Of a stretch of DNA of 64,000 nt, positions 54,101 through 64,000 are shown one piece after another. Source of the DNA: Dipteris shenzhenensis (Eukaryota); assembly GCA_047967505.1 (NCBI GenBank), contig CM106538.1; one strand, written 5' to 3'. Made by a program: the position numbers and the translations under genes. The notes under the pieces are model-generated. The model had not been told where the DNA came from and ran no database searches. It worked only from the letters and a program-made list of their open reading frames with translations. The first letter of the stretch is position 1; each line of letters starts with the position of its first letter.

Positions 54101-56930
54101 CATATTCATCAAATTCTGTCTGCTCAAACTTTAGAACTTGAACATCCCTTCACTGAAAGGGAATTGTCTGATGCACTGAGATCCTGTGGCACATGGAAAT
54201 CTCCAGGATGGGATGGTCTCACTGTTGAAATTTTTCTTGCATTCTGGGATCTTCTTAAATTCACCTTGCTGCAAATGGTAGATACAGCATGGCAAAATCA
54301 GCAAATGCCTGTGTCATGGAAAAAGGGTCTTCTCAAGCTGATTCCAAAAAAGCAGCTATGTGATTCACTTGGTGATTGGAGGCCAATCACGCTCATGCCA
54401 GTCATTTATAAGATCATTGCCAAAATGGTGGTTGATCGGATTAAAGGTTATTTGCATGATAGGTTGCATCCCTCCCAATATGGCTTTGTTCCACGTCGCC
54501 ATAACACAGATAACATTGCCAATGCTTATATTAAGATTGAATATGGCAAATACACGCAGCAGGATGTTCTACTCTTGCATGTAGATATTGTAAAATCCTT
54601 TGACACAATTCAATGGGATTTCATCTTGCGAACTATGCGAACTTTGGGGTTTGGACCAAAAATGCAGCAGGTTATATACTGGCTTTACGGAGATAGCAAT
54701 GCGGCCTGCATTCTTTCTGGGGATATCTTTGAAGAGTGGACTCTTCGTTGTTCAGTCCGCCAGGGATGCCCTCTCAGTGCTTTACTGTATGCCATTGCTA
54801 CTCATCCTATGCTGCAATATATTGATCATCTTGTGGCTATAGGATCACTTCATGGCTTGGAATTGGATGCTAATCGCAGCATGGTTACTCAAGCTTATGC
54901 TGATGATTCTTTCTTTACCCCAAAGAATATGCCCCATGATCTTGGTGCCTTGATGCAGGCCCTCTCTGTTTATGGTTTGGCAGCTGGTCTTCATGTTAAT
55001 TTTCAGAAGTCTAAGCTGCTCCCTTTGCATTCCAAAGACTGGCATAGTCTATTATGGCCCGAGGATATCATTCCACCCACTCAGTTTGTTCGTCATCTTG
55101 GTTACCCTTTGGGGTGGGAACTCACTCGCCGACAACAAACTGATTGGGTTTTGGCTAAGCTTCGAAAAAAGCTTGAGTATTGGAAACTGGCAACCTGGCC
55201 TTTGCACGTTCACTTCGAATAGTGCAGTCCATCCTTGTGGCATATATTCAATTTTACTTGCCATTGATCATGTTCACTAAGGCAGATCTTACATCTTTCA
55301 TGTCTGTCTTTATGGAAATCTCCTGGCGATCCAAACATGGCACAAAAAGTCTCAGGCTGCTTTCGATGCATCACATTCGTTCTCCCAAGATGCATGGTGA
55401 ATTGAACATCACAGATATTCATGTGCATATTCTTGCCCATAGGGGTAAAATGTTGCTGCAATTTCTGCAAGGTGTCAGCCTTGGGCTCTTATGATTAGGA
55501 CTCTGGTCACTCATATTAGTATTTCTGCGTTTGGTCATTGGCAACTCGGGCTTTCTTTTTTGGCTGCACTGATGGCACTTTGCCTGGCTGCCCTTTTGTC
55601 TCCCGCTTGCTTCTTAACTAAAAGCATGTTCTTTCTCATCTAAGATGGAATGGACGGCGGGATTTCTTGGAGAGCTGAAAGCATTCACTGATCGAAAGTC
55701 TTTCAGCCTCCCTTGGCTTTATACGAACCTCGACGTTCACACTCTGTCTTGTTTAAAGGCATCATCTCGGTTGCTAATGTTATAGACGATGCTAGTACTG
55801 TGCTCCCCTTTTCTCTAGTAGCCACTACATATGGATTGGGCTCTCATTATCGTCCTTTGTGGCGACAAATTACTTCTATGCTTTCGCCTTTTGTTCTGAT
55901 TCCTCCTTTGGAACTCCAGGACCAGCTAGAAGATTGGACTTTGACTTCTCCAGGGTCCTCTTCTCATCCTTTGAGGCTATCTCAGATTACTGTACCTGCA
56001 TTGTATAAAATCCTTTTGCCTCAACCTTAGGTTTCAGAGAGGTGATTCTGTTTGGCGAATGCATCGCCCAGCCAAGTGGTGGAGGATAAGATTACAGCAA
56101 CTTTGGGTCTATAAAGTACCGCTTCGGCAACAAATTTTCTTTTGGCGAGTTCTTTTGGGAGTGTTTCCATCTCGACAGCTATTAGCTCATCGACACATTG
56201 CTCCTGCACTTTGCCACAGATGTTCTGCTTCTTCGGAGACTGTGCCTCACCTGGAAGCGGCAACAGGTTTTCTTTTGGCGAGTTCTTTTGGGAGTGTTTC
56301 CATCTGGACAGCTATTAGCTCATCGACACATTGCTCCTGCACTTTGCCACAGATGTTCTGCTTCTTCGGAGACTGTGCCTCACCTGGAAGCGGCAATAGG
56401 TTTTCTTTTGGCGAGTTCTTTTGGGAGTGTTTCCATCTGGACAGCTATTAGCTCATCGACACATTGCTCCTGCACTTCGCCACAGATGTTCTGCTTCTTC
56501 GGAGACTGTGCCTCACTTGTTTTTGCATTGTCCGTGCTCTCGTGAGTTTTTTGATCTGCTTTGACAGCGCCTACGAGCGAGATTCCCATCTGTTCCTTTT
56601 GGGAAGTTCTTGTGGCTATTTGGGTTTCATCCATCCAGAGACCGGAGTTTCATCTTTTCTTCGCTTGGGTTCGCTACTGGGCACTATGGACTTTATGGAC
56701 ATATAGGAATTGTAAAGTCTTTGGTGATCCTACTTTCTCTCTGTTTGGCTTTTTTAGGCGTTCTCTGCAGCAATCTTTCTTTGATTGCTTGCAGACCCGC
56801 TGCATAGATCATGAGGTCTTTTTGGCACATGCTGAAATTTTCAGTTGATATAATTGTAGCACCTTATTTTGAGGTTGCTACTCATATAATATAATCAAAG
56901 ATTTGGGTGATTTCACCCAAATCTTTCTTT
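51165..56930 (+). mobile_element. L1-type LINE, near full length but frameshifted
   Basis: ORF1 51522-52756 with a CFECKQFGHMASQC knuckle. APE endonuclease motifs GDFN and SDHAP. RT 53888-55222 (KSPGWDG, WRPITL, RQGCPLS, AYADDS). C-terminal CHRC...ETVPHL. Confidence 0.9.
56125..56516. repeat. Three tandem copies (133-nt period) of the L1 C-terminal zinc-finger segment
   Basis: CGGCAA...GACTGTGCCTCAC starts at 56125, 56258 and 56391. Confidence 0.92.
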
Positions 56931-57278
56931 GATTGCTTTAATCGTGACCCATCCCCCTGCCACCTCCGTGCTTCACGGCCCATCCCAGCCCCTCCTTGTT
57001 GTCTCCCCGCTGGTTGCAACCCTCCCAACCCACGACCCCTCCTTGCATCCTCCCAACACCCTAGCACCCTCCCTATTTCTCCCCCAACCATCGCGCCATT
57101 CATGCCCTCTCCCCCCCTGCAACCTGCCATCTCTCTACCCTCCCCCTGCATCGCATCATCCTCTCAGCCCATCTCCTCCCGATTGTTGCGCCTCTGGTCT
57201 CTCCTCCCCGACTGCACATCTCCTGCTGCCTCCCTCCAAACTTCTACACTGCGCCTACTACCAACCCCCCTTCATTGT

Positions 57279-58235
57279 GCTTGCTGCTGCATCCTCCCTA
57301 TCCAACCTTCATTTCTCTACTCATATTATCTACCCACACCAATCTGAATTCTGCTACTGCATTTGGTCCCTATCCTATTGGCCCCATCGAAACTAAAAGA
57401 TGGTGAGCTCATTTCTAGGCACATATAGATGGACATCTTCCTATCCACTATATCCCCTTGATTTAGCCTCTCTCACATGGCTTGAAAGATGGTGAGCTAA
57501 TTTCTAGACACATATAGATGGATATCTTCCTATCCACTATATCCCTTGATTTAGCCTCTCTCACATGGCTTGAGATGTAGGTGAAGACAAGGAAAAGGAG
57601 AAGCCAAAAGACAAGAACAAGGAAGACAAATAGAAGGAAAAGTGTACGAGTATGGAATATGAGATTTACCCAAAAGTGGGAGCCAAGCACACAATACTGC
57701 CATATACCGTGATGGCTCCACCTCAGCCCACATGCCTCTTGGCAACTCATTCGTCCCTGAAGCCCCTCCAATTGTCCCTCCAAGATCCCCCCGGCCTCCG
57801 GCTTGCTGCTGCATCCTCCCTATCCAACCTTCATTTCTCTACTCATATTATCTACCCACACCAATCTGAATTCTGCTACTGCATTTGCTCCCTATCCTAT
57901 TGCCCCCATCGAAACTGAAAGATGGTGAGCTAATTTCTAGACACATATAGATGGACATCTTCCTCGCCACTATATCCCTTGATTCAGCCTCTCTCACATG
58001 GCTTGAGATGTAGGTAAAGACAAGGAAAAGGAGAAGCCAAAAGATAAGAACGAGGAAGACAAATAGAAGGAAAAGTGTACGAGTATGGAATAAGAGGTTT
58101 ACCCAAAAGTGGGAACCAAGCACACAATACTGCCATATACCGTGATGGCTCCACCTCAGCCCACATGCCTCTTGGCGACTCTTTCGTCCCTGAAGCCCCT
58201 CCAATTGTCCCTCTAGGATCCCCCGGCCTCCGCCT
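57279..58235. repeat. ~430-520-bp tandem duplication (first copy has an internal ~86-bp duplication)
   Basis: GCTTGCTGCTGCATCCTCCCTATCCAACC occurs at 57279 and 57801; both copies end GATCCCCC(C)GGCCTCCG. Confidence 0.85.
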
Positions 58236-59317
58236 CAATCCTCTACCTCTCCTCTCATATCATCTCTCCCACTCACACAAAGTATTCGCTCTCCCCCCAA
58301 GTCCCACATCCCCCTGCTCCCCCAAATACCCATGCCATGCCAGACCCTCGCTGGTTTCCCCAGCTCACACTCTACCCTCCACCTCCATTCTATATGCTTA
58401 CCCACCACAGAACCCATTGTCTCTCCTGATGTCATGCATTGAACATACCACCTCCACCTCTTTCGATGCCACTACCTTTTACCACCACCTTCAGATACCC
58501 GAGTATAGCATTGAGGTGGCATGGCAAGTCGGATGGGATCTCACCATAGAGCAGCCTCTAGTGATATGCTTCGGAGACACCTAAGCTAGACTGGTGGCAT
58601 TGCCCAAGTCTAGCCCTCCGAGACTAGCCACAGGTTCACATGGTTCCTGCGAGTCCCCATACAGCAGTAGGATGCCATCTGTAGAGAGGGAAAGGCGACA
58701 ATGGTACGTGAGGGACGGCTCCTCACTGGCCTACACAAGGACCTTGGACATCCCGTCGTATATGAGACTCATAGGGTCAAGCCCTTGACCTGCACCATTT
58801 GGAACCATAATGGAAACTTATGGTCAGAGCTAGGGAACATCTTGGAGTCGAATAGAGGATGAGATGTTGTCTTCTACACAAAGACACCTTGGAGTCTAGA
58901 GCATCCACTACCTTCTATCTGTGGGTATACAAGGGAGTTAGCCTTTTGGGACAAGACCAGAGACACAAGAGGAGTATGACGATCACGCAATGTTGCTCTT
59001 CTATATCACTCATCTATCACTAGGATGAGCAGTGTGAAGCGACACGATCCACACGCCAGATTCCTTTTAATCCGAATCACGAGCACATCATTGCGGGATA
59101 TTTTCATCGCGGGTTGCTACTATCCATAGGAGATCTCACACTTTGCAAGGGAGCTCCGAGAGGAGGGAGAGGCATCTCCCTATGCTGCCTTGGTGAACTT
59201 CTCGAGCCACGGCGAAGTTCTTTTAGTTGGAGACCAAAGCCAAGACTGCTGACCACCAAGTATCGATTATTGATTTTCAGCATGACTCACTTGCTTACAT
59301 CGATGATATCCCCCTAC

Positions 59318-60540
59318 TAGAGAATAGTGATGGAAATGGAAACGAGAAAACTAGAGAGAATGGAGTTAAAGGAAGCTGAACTAAAACTGCAGCAACAAGA
59401 ATAAACTACAAAACTAGGGCAGTCATAGAAACAAAACCCTAGCTGAGGTTAGAGGGAAAAAGTGCCCCTAACCCTTAATACATTGGCCATTGCCTTAAGA
59501 AATATAAATATGTCTAATCCCCCCTACAAACGACAATGTCACAATGTACAATGTAAATATCATCGTCAAACAGATATAAGTTCAAAGCCTTGCACAAAGC
59601 CTCAAGCTTTGGATGAGGTAATGCTTTGGTGAAAGATCCACCATATTTTGTTGTATGGGGCAAAAGACCAAGCTAATATCCCGTGCATGTAGCTGCATCA
59701 TGAATTTCAATGTGTTTCATACGAGCATGAAACACAAGATTCCATGCCACGCCAATGGCAGTCTCGGTGTCAGTGAGAATCGAAGTAGGCTCCTTCAATG
59801 ATGCATGAAGATCGGCCAACAAACACCTCAACCCAACACACTTGACTATGGTCGTGAAAGCATAGCTGTACTAAGCTTCACAGGATGAGCTCAACCAAAA
59901 ATGCATGAGTGTCAGAGAAAGAAACAATTGCCACTGGTTGATTGCCTAGTATCAAACTCACCAATCCAATCCAAATCGTTGTCTTCCCCTAGGAAATCGC
60001 AAACCAAGAGACCAAGTATCTTGCAAGTACCAAAACACATGCTTCACAGCCTGCCAATGTGAAGTATTAGGTCTATGCATAAATATGCTCAGCTAGAACA
60101 CTGCATACCAAATATAAGGCGACGTTTTACACAAGTAATTGAGGCATTCCACAGCCTGGGTGGAAATAGTGGTATAAAATGGTCACTAGCATCATGAATA
60201 GACAGCTTAAGCCATGGCTCCATAGAAGTTGGAACGGACTTGCAATTCTGAAATCTGAACCATTCCAACAGCCCCCCAATATATTTGGACTGCAATAAAC
60301 CAATGCCTCTATCATCTTGCATATATTGAATGCCTAGATAATAATGGAGCACCCCTAATCAGACATTTCAAATGTCCGCTGCAAGTCAGCCTTTGAAATC
60401 TGCAATTTTTGCAAGATCTATACCGGTGAGCAGCATGTCATCAATGTATAGGACAACAGTGAGCTAATCCCCCATCTTCTTTCCTTGACATAGAGGGTGC
60501 TCTCATGCAAACCATTCTGCATTCCCTAGCTGATCAAAAA
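59318..60540 (-). mobile_element. Degenerate Copia 3' part (RT-RNase H, PPT, LTR)
   Basis: LHYYLGIQ, LYIDDML and FHARMKHIE on the minus strand. PPT at ~59518-59527. The LTR shares GGAAAAAGTGCCCCTAACCC...TACATTGGCCA with the LTR at 20334-20559. Confidence 0.75.
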
Positions 60541-60703
60541 GGCATCAATTTTGGCATACCAAGCTCTAGGAGCCTGCATACAAAGAAAATAAATAAGAAA
60601 ATGAAAGAGAAGAAAAATGAGGCAACAAATGACTTTCTTGGTATGCTAACTCAAGAGGATAAGTTGGATGGCACCAACTATTCTCTTTGAAGCTCTATGC
60701 TTT

Positions 60704-63700
60704 TGTAGGCCATCTTCTCCCGGTCAAAATGATGCCCTATGGGCCCTGGTATGTGCCTTGTAAGCATAGTTATAGGCACTTCAGTGTTTTAGTGCCTTTT
60801 ATGCCACATAGGACATTTAGTCCTATGTGACACCTAGGAGACACCTAGGACACTTAGTCCTAGGGTCTATCTTTATGTACCTTGTACTTTCGTTTCTTCT
60901 ATCTAGTTGACGTGATAGCATTTCAGCCTCGACTCTTGTGCTTGCTCCCACACTCACCGCACCTACAATGGTATCAGAGCTCCCAGGACCTGCTCCCCTG
61001 CCGCCGGACCTGCATTGCTCCCAGCTACCAACAGCTTGCTTTGTCCGCTATCCGTACAGTCCATACGACTGTACAAACGACCACACAAGTAACGTACAAA
61101 TCACGTGCCCTGCCGTACAGCTTCGTTCTTTGCTGCTCTACCCGTCACACCTGCTCTGTACAATAGCACCTATGTTGTACAATGGTACGTGCGCCGTACA
61201 ATGATACATGCGTCGTACAACCGTACCTGCACAACAACTCCTCCGTACAAGGTACCTACGTCGTACATATTCCATACAGGCGTGCTTGCACCGTACTCGC
61301 TCCGTACAGGTTCATCTGCTCCGTGCCTGTTTCGTACGATCTTCCGTACAGGTATACCAACCAAATACTGGGAAGATTACAAGGCAATCAAATGCATATT
61401 TATTGGTTACAGCCAGGAGAGCAAAGGGTATCGGTTATACCAACCAAATACTGGGAAGATTATTGTCAGTAGAGATGTAATCTTTGCTGAACATTCAGCT
61501 TCTCCTCTTGTGGACTGCAAAGTTAAGCCAGAAGTTGACATGTTTGATGCCTTTGACTCTCGGTTACCTCTGCTTCCCTCAGAGGGAGACTTTGGCCAGC
61601 AACATGAGCCTCCTGCAGGCCCTCCAACAAGCAATGATCAACCAATACCCCATGCTGATTTGCAGGTTTCTCTTCCAGCACAAAATGATCCCAATATTCA
61701 TGATGCAATGATTTAAGAAAGAGCTGTCAATAGACAACAAATGCAAGTCACAGATGGCTTCTTGACACATTGAGGGACAGCAAGCAAGATCAGCCTCTTG
61801 CTGCCCGAACAAGATCAGGGAATAGACAGATGGATGGTCACTTTCTTGAGTTTGCCCTCCTTGCTACAGCTTGCAATGAAGAGCCTTTGTGCCATAAAGA
61901 TGCTTTTGACAGCAAAGAGTGGATGGATGCAATGAGAGCTGAGCTACAATCTATTGCCAAAAACGACACATGGGAATTAGTAGATCTTCCTCCCGGCAAG
62001 CATGCCATTGGTACCCGGTGGGTCTACAAGTTAAAAAGGAAATCTGATGGCAGCATACATCGACACAAACCCGTCTTGTTGCAAAAGGGTATGCCCAACA
62101 ACAAGGCATTGACTTTAAGGAGACCTTTGCTCCCACTTCCAGGATTGCCACTATTAGATGTGTTATTGCCATTGCAGCCCATCACATTGGCAAGTGCACC
62201 AGCTTGACATCAAGACTTCCTTTCTTCATGGGGATCTGCAGGAAGAAGTTTATGTGACACAACCTCCTGGCTTTGAGCTTGTTGGTTCTAAAAACAAGGT
62301 ATGCCGGCTGAGAAAAGCCCTTTATGGTTTGAAGCAGGCACCCAAGGCATGGTATGCCAAAATTCATGCACACTTACTGTCCCCTGGTTTTCAAAATAGC
62401 CCCACAGAGCCCACTCTTTATGCCCGTGGGAGTGGATCTGATTTTTTAGTGCTGATTTTATATGTGGATGACATGCTGATCACGGGCCCTGATACTCAGC
62501 ATATTGCAGCTTTCAAGGCTGATTTGCAGCACACTTTTGAAATGTCAAACACGGGACAGCTGCACTATTATTTGGGCATTCAGTTTGCTCATGTTGAGGG
62601 GGGTATCATGATGTCAAAGTCCAAGTATATTGGACAACTCCTTGATCGTTTTCAGTTTGAAGATTACAAGCCAATCTCTACTCCAGTGGACCCTAGCTTC
62701 AAATTTTCAGCTCATGATGGGAGCCCACCATGTGATATCACTCTTTACCAGCAGGCTGTTGGATGTCTCATTTACTTATGCCACACCAGACCTCACTTAC
62801 AGTATGCAGTATCCCAACTCAGCAAGTTCACGCACATGCCCAGTTTACAACATTGGCAAGCAGTGAAGAGAGTCTTCAAATCTCTCAGAGGCACTCAAGA
62901 TTTAGCCCTCTTCTATGGTGATCAGGGTTCACTTACCATGCATGCTTACACGAATAGTGGCTGGGCAGGTTGTTCCGACACCAGAGTGTTACATACCGGC
63001 AATTGTTTTTTGCTTGGCAGTTCATGTATTTCTTGGCTCAGCAAGAAGCAACCAACAGTTGCCACATCCAGCTGTGAGGCTGAGTACAAGGCAACCTTCA
63101 CCGCTACAGTAGAGTGTGTCTGGCTTCGACAGTTAATTACAGATCTTGGTATTTGCCAGACATCCTCCACTATGGTCTACATTGACAGCCAGAGTGCTTT
63201 GGCCATTGCGCGTAATCCAATGTTTCATGCGTGTACCAAGCACAATGTTTCATGCTGAACTTCAATGTTTCATGAGCGGTTGTCAACAGGAGACATAGAG
63301 TTGTCCTATCTTCCCACAGAGGACAACATAGCAGATATGTTTACAAAGGCACTTCCTCCTCCCAAGTTCGAAGTCTTCCGACAGGCTTTACACTTGGTTC
63401 GCTTTGTTACATGATCTGACATACCTTGTACATTCATAGGTGGCTATATCCTTTTGAATGAACATGTGCCACCATGACCAAAAAATACAAGCTATTCTGA
63501 GACGTTTCCAAAATACTTCAGCCCATACCATGGAGGGGGGTTCGTAGGCCATCTTCTCCCGGTCGTAGTGATGCCCTATGGTCCCTGGTATGTGCCTTGT
63601 ACGCATAGTTATAGGCACTTTAGTGTTTTAGTGCCTTTTATGCCACATAGGACATTTAGTCCTATGTGACACCTAGGACACTTAGTCCTAGGGTCTATCT

Positions 63701-63795
63701 TTATGTACATTGTACTTTCGTTTCTTCTATCTAGTTGACGTGACAGCTTTTCAGCCTGAACTCTTGTGCATGCTCCCACACTCACCGCACCTACA
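60704..63795 (+). mobile_element. Internally deleted Ty1/Copia element with both LTRs, inserted in a Copia gag remnant
   Basis: TSD GCTTT at 60699-60703 and 63796-63800. LTRs 60704-60967 and 63543-63795. PBS 60969-60980, PPT ~63530-63540. RT-RNase H 62158-63258. The flanks rejoin as gag KLDGTNYSL*SSMLCNFLVAKSLWD. Confidence 0.95.
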
Positions 63796-64000
63796 GCTTT
63801 GTAATTTTTTGGTTGCCAAGAGCCTTTGGGATTAGACATCTAAAATAGACAGCAAAATTCAGGAAAACATCAAATAGAGAAAACAGAACCCCACAAGGTT
63901 GTACAGCCCAAAAACAGCAGAAAAGTCCTGCAAAGGACCTCGAAATATGGGCAGCAGATGAAAAACAGCAGCCCCATGCCTTGAAACACGTGCTAGAGCA

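Overview
Repeat-dominated plant nuclear DNA (plant iMet primer-binding sites TGGTATCAGAGC, GT-AG introns, CT/GA microsatellites; a non-seed plant such as a fern is plausible but cannot be proven here). No intact host gene is recognisable. About 13-64 kb is a nest of decayed retroelements: several Ty1/Copia elements (one near-intact at 31208-36533, one internally deleted at 60704-63795 with a perfect TSD), a Ty3/Gypsy element (25344-40015, TSD CCTCT), RTEX-like LINEs with (TTTC)n tails, an L1-type LINE and a possible tRNA-derived SINE. The first ~12 kb is the unusual part. It holds the spliced 3' end of a RAG1/Transib/Chapaev-like DDE transposase, two highly diverged, oppositely oriented paralogous genes with a BAH-like domain, a histone H3-derived gene with three H3-tail-like motifs, two orphan ORFs and a central ~190-bp palindrome. 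My best reading is a decayed, cargo-laden DNA transposon carrying chromatin-mimic and chromatin-reader genes. All of these genes are pseudogenised in this copy, and the domain calls come from manual motif recognition only.
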